Assembly (NCBI GenBank): GCA_032249575.1
Contig: JAVVHL010000002.1
Coordinates: 7,318-39,317 of the forward strand
Length of the DNA stretch: 32,000 nt
Direction: 5' to 3'
Source of the DNA: Candidatus Calditenuis sp.
GTDB taxonomy: Archaea > Thermoproteota > Nitrososphaeria_A > Caldarchaeales > Calditenuaceae
Notes under the pieces: generated by a model
Seen by the model: only the letters and a program-made list of their open reading frames with translations
Database searches by the model: none
What the model was told of the DNA's origin: nothing
Made by a program: the position numbers and the translations under genes
Shown here: positions 13,663 to 20,824 of the stretch, one piece after another
Numbering within the stretch: position 1 is the first letter of the stretch
Layout: each line of letters begins with the position of its first letter

Positions 13663-15264
13663 GTGGAGGAGAGGTCGTTCGCGGAGTTCGTGGAGCTCTG
13701 CCAACTCCTCGAGCTGACGGCCAGCAGGTCCTCGAAGGTCAAGGCGGTGGCATCTTTCCTCTCGAAGCTCAGCCCTGAGGAGGCGAGGGCCTTCGCTTAC
13801 CTTCTGGTCGGCAGGAAGTCGGGCGAGAGGGGAAGACCGATCAACGTGGGCTGGTCCACGATCCAAAGGGCCCTCTCTATAGCCGAGGGTTCGGCGACGC
13901 TCGACCTTTGGGGCAGGAGGCTCGGGCTGCTGGAGGTCTGGAACTCGCTGGAGGGGCTCTCTTCCCTTGAGGGGCCTGGATCTCAGGAGAAGAGGTTGAG
14001 GGCCCTCGCCTCGCTCTTCGTGAGGTGCACGCCCGAGGAGCGGGAGTGGCTGGTGAGGATTCTATCGGGCGAGATGAGGCACGGCGTCAACCACGGCGTC
14101 TTCCTCGAGGCGATCGCGGCCATGCTCAGGAAGGACGTCGAGGAGGTCAGATACGCGGACATGGTCTACTCTGACATCGGAAAGCTGGCTGAGCTCGCGG
14201 TGCGCAACGCGCTCCAGACCCCTGCCGTCGAGCCGATGAAACCCGTGAGGCCGATGCTCGCAGAGACGTGCAGTTCGCCGGCAGAGGCCCTTGCGGAGCA
14301 CGGAGGTCGATCCATCTTCGAGCCGAAGTACGACGGCATCAGGTTGCAGGTCCACATCCTCGGAGGCGAGGTGAGGCTCTTCACCAGGAGGCTCAGGGAC
14401 GTTACCTCCAACCTCCCCGACGTCGTCGATTCCGTCAGGAGGGAGATCAGGTGCGAGTCGGCCGTCTTGGACTCGGAGGCGATCGCGATCGGGCCCGACG
14501 GCAGGCCGATGCCCTTCCAGGAGACCGTGCGCCGCGTGGGAAGGGAGAGGGAGCTGGAAGAGGTCCTCAAAGAGCTGCCGCTGGTGCTGAGGGTCTTCGA
14601 CGTCCTCCACCTCAACGGCCGGAGCACCGTCCACCTGCCCTACACCGAGCGTAGGTCCCTCCTGGAGAGCGTCGTCCCCGAACCGATGCTGACGCCGGCG
14701 CTGGAGCTCACAGACCCGAGGGATGTCGAGGCGATGATGAGGAGGTCGGTCGATGAGGGTAACGAGGGCCTCCTCGCCAAATCGCCGGGCTCTCCCTACA
14801 TACCCGGAAGGAGGGGGAAGCACTGGCTGAAGCTGAAGAGGTCTGAAACGATAGACGCCGTCATCGTGGCGGCCGAGTGGGGCCATGGGAGGAGGTCGGG
14901 ATGGTTGAGCAACTACCACCTAGCCGTTTACGACGATAACTCAGGAAGGTTCGTGACCGTCGGCAAGACCTTCAAGGGCCTCACCGACGAGGAGTTCGAG
15001 GCGATGACGAGGAGGCTCCTCTCGATAGCCGTGGAGCAACGTCCGTGGGGCGTGATCGTCAGGCCTGAGGTGGTTGTTGAGGTGGCCTTCGACGAGGTCC
15101 AGCGGAGCCCGAGGTACGAGGGAGGACTCGCGCTGCGTTTAGCCCGAATCATAAGGATCAGGGACGACAAACCGGTGACCGAGGTCTGCACGCTGAACGA
15201 GCTCAGGAACGTTTACGCCCGTCAGATGGAGAGGCGGTCCTATTCGGACCGGTTAGCGCTGTAA
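13663..15264 (+). CDS. lig: ATP-dependent DNA ligase
   Basis: 533-aa ORF with a GTG start. Motif I is 'EPKYDGIRLQVH', which holds the adenylation Lys. It also carries 'VFDVLHLNG', 'EGLLAKS', 'HWLKLK' and a C-terminal OB-fold region. Confidence 0.95.
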   Translation: MEERSFAEFVELCQLLELTASRSSKVKAVASFLSKLSPEEARAFAYLLVGRKSGERGRPINVGWSTIQRALSIAEGSATLDLWGRRLGLLEVWNSLEGLSSLEGPGSQEKRLRALASLFVRCTPEEREWLVRILSGEMRHGVNHGVFLEAIAAMLRKDVEEVRYADMVYSDIGKLAELAVRNALQTPAVEPMKPVRPMLAETCSSPAEALAEHGGRSIFEPKYDGIRLQVHILGGEVRLFTRRLRDVTSNLPDVVDSVRREIRCESAVLDSEAIAIGPDGRPMPFQETVRRVGRERELEEVLKELPLVLRVFDVLHLNGRSTVHLPYTERRSLLESVVPEPMLTPALELTDPRDVEAMMRRSVDEGNEGLLAKSPGSPYIPGRRGKHWLKLKRSETIDAVIVAAEWGHGRRSGWLSNYHLAVYDDNSGRFVTVGKTFKGLTDEEFEAMTRRLLSIAVEQRPWGVIVRPEVVVEVAFDEVQRSPRYEGGLALRLARIIRIRDDKPVTEVCTLNELRNVYARQMERRSYSDRLAL

Positions 15265-15325
15265 TCCTCGTTCGAGCTCCTGAAGTTAACTCGAATCATC
15301 CGCTCGCTCGGTACCCCGATGCATG

Positions 15326-15335
15326 ATAAATTTAT
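15326..15335 (+). promoter_or_regulatory. Palindromic TATA-like box ATAAATTTAT upstream of tRNA-Glu
   Basis: It is a perfect 10-bp A/T palindrome about 40 nt upstream of the mature tRNA 5' end. Confidence 0.4.
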
Positions 15336-15370
15336 GAGAGGGGTGCATACGTAGCGAGTGGCGGCCAGCG

Positions 15371-15445
15371 GCCCCGGTAGTATAGCCCGGTCAAGTATGC
15401 CGGCCTCTCGAGCCGGAGACCCGGGTTCAAATCCCGGCCGGGGCA
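15371..15445 (+). tRNA. tRNA-Glu (anticodon CUC), no encoded CCA, no intron
   Basis: I folded the cloverleaf by hand:
- acceptor stem GCCCCGG/CCGGGGC
- D arm GTAT-AGCCCGGTCAA-GTAT
- anticodon stem CCGGC/GCCGG with loop CTCTCGA (anticodon CTC at 15407-15409)
- variable loop AGAC
- T arm CCGGG-TTCAAAT-CCCGG
- discriminator A
Total length is 75 nt. Confidence 0.9.
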
Positions 15446-15530
15446 ATTGACTGAGGCAACGTGACCCTGTTAAAACAAGCCGTTCAAGACATCGCGAGCT
15501 GAAGAGAGAAGATCGAGATGCGGTGCGGTC

Positions 15531-15896
15531 TCACTGCTTGAAGTAAACCGAGAGGAGCATGTTGATGAAGCCGAGGTTGGGATTCGGCTTAGTTATGGCC
15601 ACGACGACGTCGCCGCCGTAATGGAGCGCGAACATGTATCTCCTGTCCTCGAGCTCGACGTAGATCTTCCTGTAGTCTCCCAACCTCATCATGTCCAGCA
15701 CCGACGTCACGACGCCCGATACGGTCGAGATGGCCGCTGCGAGGAAGTCGGGTCTCAGCGATATGGTGTTCGCGTAAGCTACTGGGGTCCCGTCGGGCTT
15801 CACTACCATCAGGACCTCCAGGGCTCCTCGGCTGACCCTGATGACCTCGTCGAGGTAGTTCTTGAGGGTCTCCGGGTCCTGCACGTAGCTGCTCAA
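15531..15896 (-). CDS. Roadblock/LC7 (MglB-like) domain protein
   Basis: 121 aa. The pattern 'GALEVLMVVKPDGTPVAYAN...LAAAISTVSGVVTSVLDMMRLGDYRKIYVELEDRRYMFALHYGGDVVVAITKPNPNLG' matches the Roadblock/LC7 family layout. Its TTG start overlaps the upstream gene's TGA as TTGA at 15896-15893. Confidence 0.8.
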   Translation of the reverse strand: MSSYVQDPETLKNYLDEVIRVSRGALEVLMVVKPDGTPVAYANTISLRPDFLAAAISTVSGVVTSVLDMMRLGDYRKIYVELEDRRYMFALHYGGDVVVAITKPNPNLGFINMLLSVYFKQ

Positions 15897-16597
15897 CCCC
15901 TCCTCACCCCCAGCATCGCATGGAGGAACGAAGAGCAGGAGGATATGGCGCGCTTGAGCGAATCTAGGGGGATCTTGCCTGAGGGCCTCACGTAGACGTA
16001 AACCTCCCTCTCCGCGAAGGCCTCGAGCTTGGCGACGGCTTCGTTGACGTCGTCCTCCAGAACGACGAGCCTGACGCCCTCGTTGGACATCGAGATGACG
16101 GAGTAGGCCTCTGCGAGGAGGGCGGCGACCTTCTCTGGTTCAACCGAACCGACGTAATCGATTACTTGACCTGCCGAGTCGAAGATGACAACCCCCTGCA
16201 GACCGTAGTGCCTCGCGAGCTCGTCGAGGGAGCCGAAGGTCAAAGGCTCCTCGGGAGGCGGGGCTTGGGGCTGTTGACCGACTGGTTGGGGAGCGGACGC
16301 AGGTAACCCTTCAAAGACCTGAGGCGGTGTAGGGCTGGGCGTCCGGCCCTCTTCGGCCTCCTTTTCGACAGGATGGGCAAGTAGGGGCTCGGTTGCTGGG
16401 GTTCTCACCTCAGGCCGAGCCTCGGCCTGCTGGGGCTGAGGGACCTCCCTCACTGTGATCTGTAGCGCCTCCCTCATCAGCTTCACCTCCGAAGCCAGCT
16501 TCCTCACAGTCCCGAGGACCTGAAGGGCGAAGATCACTAGGACGGCGGCCACTATCCCAACGGCGACCAACGTCGTCAGCTCCCAAGCAGACAGCAT
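15893..16597 (-). CDS. Membrane-anchored protein with a P/Q-rich linker and a C-terminal Roadblock/LC7-like domain
   Basis: 234 aa with ATG at 16597. The N-terminal TM helix is 'LTTLVAVGIVAAVLVIFALQVLG'. An ~90-aa P/Q/E/A-rich low-complexity linker follows. The C-terminal ~110 aa ('LQGVVIFDSAGQVIDYVGSVEPEKVAALLAEAYSVISMSNEGVRLVVLEDDVNEAVAKLEAFAEREVYVYVRPSG') reads as a Roadblock pattern. Confidence 0.65.
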   Translation of the reverse strand: MLSAWELTTLVAVGIVAAVLVIFALQVLGTVRKLASEVKLMREALQITVREVPQPQQAEARPEVRTPATEPLLAHPVEKEAEEGRTPSPTPPQVFEGLPASAPQPVGQQPQAPPPEEPLTFGSLDELARHYGLQGVVIFDSAGQVIDYVGSVEPEKVAALLAEAYSVISMSNEGVRLVVLEDDVNEAVAKLEAFAEREVYVYVRPSGKIPLDSLKRAISSCSSFLHAMLGVRRG

Positions 16598-16625
16598 CTC
16601 CCTCGGTCACCGGTTAAGTCTCGCG

Positions 16626-16633
16626 GTATAAAG
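16626..16633 (-). promoter_or_regulatory. TATA-like box (minus-strand reading CTTTATAC) for the membrane-Roadblock operon
   Basis: It is centred about 33 nt upstream of ATG 16597 in the 109-nt spacer. Confidence 0.35.
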
Positions 16634-16706
16634 CGTGATCCCCTCAATTACGCCAATATCTCCTGTGACAGATTCTGAGCATCCGTTGCGGAGGCCTTTG
16701 GAGAGC

Positions 16707-16934
16707 TCAGCCGACCGTGGACCCGGCGAGGGCGATCCTGATCCTAGTCCTGGCCTCCTCGAGCAGGAGCTTCCGCATGTAGCAGAGCTTGCAGACCGGA
16801 CCAGAGATGTGGTGAACGGTGCAGCTGGCGCAGATGAGCTGGCCGCAGACCACGCACCTCCTCGGAGCGAACCTGTCGGGATGATAGTAGCACTTGAAGG
16901 TCAGGCTCTCGCCCAAGGTCTCGGGGAGCGTCAT
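16707..16934 (-). CDS. Small B-box-like zinc-finger protein
   Basis: The Cys/His array is C-x2-H-x8-C-x2-C-x4-C-x2-C-x2-HH-x5-C-x2-C ('CYYHPDRFAPRRCVVCGQLICASCTVHHISGPVCKLCY'), followed by a short basic helix. The ORF is open to GTG 17030. However, codons upstream of ATG 16934 switch to A/T-ending codons (gta, tca, tat, aaa, caa), so I call ATG 16934 (75 aa). ATG 16976 is an alternative. Confidence 0.6.
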   Translation of the reverse strand: MTLPETLGESLTFKCYYHPDRFAPRRCVVCGQLICASCTVHHISGPVCKLCYMRKLLLEEARTRIRIALAGSTVG

Positions 16935-17087
16935 CGCAGGAGGTCCTAGAAACTTGGACTTATCACGGATCGGCATGCTGACTTGAGGTGATTTCAGCGT
17001 ATCTACTGAGGGATATCGTGAGAATACCACGGTAGCACTTCGCCGGCTCGTGCAGCCTCAACCCTCCGTTCTGTAGGCCGCTCCAGC

Positions 17088-17393
17088 CTAGGTCTTCGCC
17101 ACGGAACCGGAGGGGCCTGTGAGGATGTACCTCCGCCGATCGGAGAGGAGCTTGACGCCGTAAAGCCACCCGGCCATTGCTGGCACTGCACCCCTCACCC
17201 TGACCTCGGTCCCCCTGACGTCGATGACCAAGGTGCAAGGCCTCGTGACGTTCCCCTTCCTCTCGAACCAGTGGACCACCATCAGCCTCCCCGGCAGTAG
17301 GAAGATGTGGCCCTCGATCACCTCCAGCAGCTCGCCCTTCAGACCCGCATCGTCCTGACCGGCGTCCTTCTGAACGCTCCGACGCAGCCTCAT
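17088..17393 (-). CDS. Hypothetical protein (101 aa), stop/start-coupled to the PQQ-type dehydrogenase gene
   Basis: Its ATG at 17393-17391 overlaps the upstream TGA as ATGA at 17393-17390. Codon usage is GC3-rich and typical of coding sequence. I recognise no family. Confidence 0.5.
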   Translation of the reverse strand: MRLRRSVQKDAGQDDAGLKGELLEVIEGHIFLLPGRLMVVHWFERKGNVTRPCTLVIDVRGTEVRVRGAVPAMAGWLYGVKLLSDRRRYILTGPSGSVAKT

Positions 17394-18520
17394 CTCCTCG
17401 ACCCTATCACGAGGACCCTGTCGTCACCGGGCCTGGGCGCGCCTCTTCCGTCCCGGTTGCTGGTCAGCACGTACAGCGATCCGTCGGGCCCCTGCCTCAC
17501 GTCCCTCAGCCTCCCGTAGGTCCCCTGCAGCAATCTGAAGTGCTCGACCGGCCTCATCTCTTCTTCGTCGAACCGCACGACGTGGAGAGCCGCCCCCCTC
17601 AAGGCCGCGAAGAGCAGGCATCCTTTCAGCTCGGGGAGGTCGGAGGAGGTGCAGAAGTCGCACCCGGATGGAGCCCAGGTCTCGTCGCCGCTCTCGAGGA
17701 CCGGGTCGATGTACCTCGGATCGCCGGCCCTCCCTATGACGTGGGGCCAGCCGTAGTTACCTCCGGGAACTATCAGGTTCAGCTCGTCGTGGGCGAAGGC
17801 ACCGAACTCGCCCGTCGGTCCGTGCTCAGTCGCGAAGAGCCTCTTGTGCTTTGGGCTCCAAGCTATCCCCTGCGGGTTTCTGTGGCCGAGGCTGTAGATC
17901 GGAGAGCCGGGGAAGGGGTTGTCGCTAGGCACATTTCCGTCAGGCCTGATCCTCAGTATCTTGCCTGCCAGCGAATCGAGCCTCTGGGAGAGCTCCGGCC
18001 TCCTCGCGTCGCCGGTCGTGACGTAGACGTTTCCGTCAGGTCCGAGCCTCACCCGACCTCCGTCGTGGACGCTCGCTCCCTCAACAGGTCCCAGCACATC
18101 AACGCCGTCTCGCAGCGTCAGGTCATCGTAAACGGTAAGGACGTTCGCGAGGGAACCTCCCCTCATCACAGTCCTGTAGAGCAGGATCCGGGGTCCGGGC
18201 CTGAGCAGCTCGCAACCGAGGAGTCCGCCCTCGCCGACGTGCGCAACCTCCACCGTCCCTAGGATCTGGGTCCTGCCCGTGTTCAGGTCGACGAGCCTTA
18301 CCCTTCCAGGCCTCTCGGTGACCAGCGCCTCGCTTTCAGAGATGAACGCGATCGACCAGGGGATCTCGAGACCGGTGACGAGGTCGCGGACCTCGATCGA
18401 TCCGATGCCTTTCTGCCCCTTTTGTTCTGGGCTCTCCAGGCTCCGCGTCAGAATCAGGAATGCGGCCGCTAATCCTCCGGCTGCGAGGGCAACGATGAAC
18501 TCCCTCCGCCTTATCCTCAA
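17390..18520 (-). CDS. Soluble PQQ-dependent aldose sugar dehydrogenase family (glucose/sorbosone dehydrogenase, YliI/Asd-like beta-propeller)
   Basis: 376 aa with a TTG start. It carries 'LEIPWSIAF', 'GEGGLLG', 'HDGGRVRLGPDGNVYVTTGD', 'GKILRIRPDGNVPSDNPF', 'SLGHRNPQGIAW', 'EHGPTGEFGAFAHDELNLIVPGGNYGWP' and 'GRLRDVRQGPDGSLYVLT'. The N-terminus 'RIRRREFIVALAAGGLAAAFLIL' resembles a twin-arginine signal or membrane anchor. Confidence 0.85.
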   Translation of the reverse strand: MRIRRREFIVALAAGGLAAAFLILTRSLESPEQKGQKGIGSIEVRDLVTGLEIPWSIAFISESEALVTERPGRVRLVDLNTGRTQILGTVEVAHVGEGGLLGCELLRPGPRILLYRTVMRGGSLANVLTVYDDLTLRDGVDVLGPVEGASVHDGGRVRLGPDGNVYVTTGDARRPELSQRLDSLAGKILRIRPDGNVPSDNPFPGSPIYSLGHRNPQGIAWSPKHKRLFATEHGPTGEFGAFAHDELNLIVPGGNYGWPHVIGRAGDPRYIDPVLESGDETWAPSGCDFCTSSDLPELKGCLLFAALRGAALHVVRFDEEEMRPVEHFRLLQGTYGRLRDVRQGPDGSLYVLTSNRDGRGAPRPGDDRVLVIGSRR

Positions 18521-18549
18521 CCCTCTCCACCCGAAGTGACCGACGGCCC

Positions 18550-18562
18550 AAAGAAATAATTC
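18550..18562. promoter_or_regulatory. Shared A/T-rich block AAAGAAATAATTC in the 59-nt divergent spacer (PQQ dehydrogenase / EVE-like gene)
   Basis: It is centred about 24 nt upstream of ATG 18580 on the plus side and about 36 nt upstream of TTG 18520 on the minus side. The minus-side start is preceded by GGTGGAGAGGG. Confidence 0.35.
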
Positions 18563-18579
18563 TCGCCGAACGACACATC

Positions 18580-19041
18580 ATGAACGTGACGAACTACTGG
18601 ATCATGGTAGCGAAGGACCACAAGGGAAAGGAGAAGGGGTCCGTGATCCCGGCGCAGGCGGTCATCGAACGCCGGGTTAGATACGGAATCTGGTTCATCA
18701 ACCCGAGGAACCCGTACGCGAGGAGGCTCGAACCCGGAGACAGGGGTCTGATGCTCGCGCTCGGAAGGGAGGAAAGGCAGTTCTTGGGAGAGCTGACCAT
18801 CAACAGCAGGCCTCTTCCGGTCGATGCGGCCCTCGAGTCGCTGAAGGAGGGTCTGCCGTCGACGATGTTGACCCACTACCTCAAGATAACAGCCATCCTG
18901 TGGCCCAGGCCGAAACCGCTCGAGATGTTCCTCCACAAGCTGGACTTCGTGAAGAACAGGACCAAGTGGTACTCGTACTTCCAAGGCTCACTCAGGCCGA
19001 TCTCTGAGGCCACGTTCAAGGCGATCGCCTCAGACCCCTGA
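18580..19041 (+). CDS. PUA-like / EVE-like domain protein (tentative)
   Basis: 153 aa. It has the N-terminal 'NYWIMVAK', a central 'LEPGDRGLMLALG...FLGELTI' and a C-terminal 'FQGSLRPISEATFKAI'. These resemble the EVE layout (YWLMK ... GD.v.fY ... S.l.pit.eef..i). The family call is from memory only; the CDS itself is well supported. Confidence 0.55.
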   Translation: MNVTNYWIMVAKDHKGKEKGSVIPAQAVIERRVRYGIWFINPRNPYARRLEPGDRGLMLALGREERQFLGELTINSRPLPVDAALESLKEGLPSTMLTHYLKITAILWPRPKPLEMFLHKLDFVKNRTKWYSYFQGSLRPISEATFKAIASDP

Positions 19042-19046
19042 TGGCC

Positions 19047-20315
19047 TCACCTCGGTGGGACGCTGAGGACCCAGGCCGGCCTCCTGACCGTCACGACCTC
19101 ACCGCGCACGAGCCTTTCCCGATACGGCGGCACCTCGATGTACCCGTCTGCGAAGGCGATGCTCGAGAAAGCGGAGGACTCGCTGGGCATCGGATGGCAT
19201 AGCGTCCTCTCTCCGTAGCGCTCTAGCCTGACCCAGACGACCTTCCTGAAGTCGACGTACCTGGTGAAGGTCAGGTCCTCGGCGAGCTCGGCCTTGACCT
19301 CGTAAACCAGCTGCTCTGGGTCGAAGTAGCCCAGACGTCCCAGGATGGGGACGGCCAAGTAGTTGAAGACGTTCACGGTCGAGTGTATCAGCGCGGGGAG
19401 CACGACCACCGGCTTGCCGTCCACGACCGCTACCCCTCCGACCCTTCCCGGTTGGAGCTGGAGTCCTTGAGCGAAGAACCAGTTGCCGGACCTGTGGAGG
19501 ATCGAGGCCACGTCGGTGTCTCCGACGCTCGAACCGCCTATCGTCAGCACCATGTCCGAAGCCCTCAGCGCCTCCTCAAGCGCCCTCGATACCTCACCGA
19601 CCTCGTCCGGCAGGAGGCCCGCATACCTCGGGACGCACGGAAGGGCCGAGAGGAAGGAGATCACGGTGGGCGCGTGGGTGTTGAGCGTCTTCAGACCCGT
19701 AGCCTCCTCCGGGTCGTCGGTGAGCTCGGACCCTATCGAGATGACGGAGACGACCGGCCTCCTGAAGACCTCGACGCGCCTTATGCCCAGCGCCTCCATG
19801 AGCGCCGACTTCACAGGCCTCAATACCTCTCCCCTCTTCGCGATCACTTGGCCCTCCTTGACGTCCGAGCCTCTCCGGTCCACGTACTGATGGGGTGTGA
19901 CGGGGTTCCTGACGACGAGCTCTCCGTCCTCCACCTCGACCTCCTCCTGCGGGACGACCGCATCGGCACCCTCTGGAAGTAAACCTCCGGTGAGGATTCG
20001 CCTCGCGTGGCGCGGAGCAAGAGGTGGCCCGGCGACGTTGGGCAGGTTGAGGTGACCGTCTATCTTGAGCCTCACAGGCCTCTCCGGCGAGGCGCCTGCC
20101 GTATCCGAGGACCGAACCGCGTATCCGTCCATGTGGGACATGTCGGCTTGAGGTCTGGGAGCCGGTGCGACGACGTCGACGGCCAGCACCCTTCCGACTG
20201 CTTCCAGCGGCCTGACCAGCTCGGTCACGCCTATCGGAGAGACCCTCTCGAAGACCTCCCTCAGGACCTCCTCGACCGGGTAGAAACGCTCGATCGCCCT
20301 GTGCCTGTGAACCAT
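19047..20315 (-). CDS. moeA: Molybdopterin molybdenumtransferase MoeA
   Basis: 422 aa with ATG at 20315. It carries 'SHMDGYAVRS' and 'RILTGGLLPEGADAVV', a MoCF-type domain with 'TIGGSSVGDTDV', and a C-terminal MoeA_C beta domain. Confidence 0.9.
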   Translation of the reverse strand: MVHRHRAIERFYPVEEVLREVFERVSPIGVTELVRPLEAVGRVLAVDVVAPAPRPQADMSHMDGYAVRSSDTAGASPERPVRLKIDGHLNLPNVAGPPLAPRHARRILTGGLLPEGADAVVPQEEVEVEDGELVVRNPVTPHQYVDRRGSDVKEGQVIAKRGEVLRPVKSALMEALGIRRVEVFRRPVVSVISIGSELTDDPEEATGLKTLNTHAPTVISFLSALPCVPRYAGLLPDEVGEVSRALEEALRASDMVLTIGGSSVGDTDVASILHRSGNWFFAQGLQLQPGRVGGVAVVDGKPVVVLPALIHSTVNVFNYLAVPILGRLGYFDPEQLVYEVKAELAEDLTFTRYVDFRKVVWVRLERYGERTLCHPMPSESSAFSSIAFADGYIEVPPYRERLVRGEVVTVRRPAWVLSVPPR

Positions 20316-20824
20316 TCCTTTCCTGATTTCTCGGCCTCGAACTTCAAGAGCATTCCCTTGATCCTCGGATCGGGCGAGTACCCTCCCGGCGATCCGTCAG
20401 ACCTGACGACCCTGTGACACGGTATCAGGATGGGGATCGGGTTGGCGGAGAGGGCTGCGCCGACTGCCCTCGCGGCCCTCCCAGCGCCCACGGCCCTAGC
20501 GACCTCGGCATAGGTCTTCGTCTCACCGTAGGGTATCGTTGACGTCACCTCCCAGACCCTCTTCTGGAAGTGTGTCCCCTCAGGCCGGAGAGGCAGATCG
20601 AAGGACCTCCTCAAACCCCTGAAGTACTCGTCGAGCTGGACCAGGGCTCTCTCCAAAACCTTCGCATCAGTAGGCAGTGGCGAAACGCCGTCGACCTCAG
20701 GCTCGGACAGGATCGAGACCCCGACGACGGCGCCTCCGGAGACGACAACGTAAACCCTTCCTATCCAGGTATCGATGTGCCCCACAGCGTCCCTCTCACG
20801 CGGCCTCTCCTTCAACGCCGCCAC
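20261..20824 (-). CDS. ogt: Methylated-DNA--protein-cysteine methyltransferase
   Basis: It carries 'FQKRVWEVTSTIPYGETKTYAEVA' and 'RAVGAALSANPIPILIPCHRVV', the latter holding the active-site PCHR. The start is GTG 20824, which overlaps the purB end by 29 nt, or GTG 20785. The 3' end overlaps the moeA start by 55 nt. Confidence 0.9.
   Translation of the reverse strand: MAALKERPRERDAVGHIDTWIGRVYVVVSGGAVVGVSILSEPEVDGVSPLPTDAKVLERALVQLDEYFRGLRRSFDLPLRPEGTHFQKRVWEVTSTIPYGETKTYAEVARAVGAGRAARAVGAALSANPIPILIPCHRVVRSDGSPGGYSPDPRIKGMLLKFEAEKSGKEWFTGTGRSSVSTRSRRS

Noticed and set aside
13614-13742. An N-terminal extension of the aldolase ORF to ATG 13742 (315 aa total), overlapping the DNA ligase 5' end by 80 nt.
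   Set aside because: - The extra 43 residues are S/T/Q-rich and match nothing in the aldolase family.
- Homologous N-termini begin about 10-25 aa before the DHG motif.
- The extension would run through the shared promoter block.
15240-15446. A 68-aa minus-strand ORF ('MPRPGFEPGSPAREAGILDRAILPGP...').
   Set aside because: It is the antisense reading of tRNA-Glu, a classic tRNA-shadow ORF, extended into the ligase 3' flank.
15265-15530. tRNA-Glu flanks as a possible integration site for a mobile element or genomic island.
   Set aside because: - I saw no integrase or recombinase gene.
- I saw no duplicated copy of the tRNA 3' half anywhere in the window.
- Codon usage in the flanking genes is homogeneous.
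16935-17030. A longer form of the zinc-finger protein starting at GTG 17030 (107 aa).
   Set aside because: Codon usage in this stretch switches to A/T-ending codons (gta, tca, cga, tat, gat, aaa, caa), unlike all confirmed genes. The stretch is probably the promoter or 5' region.
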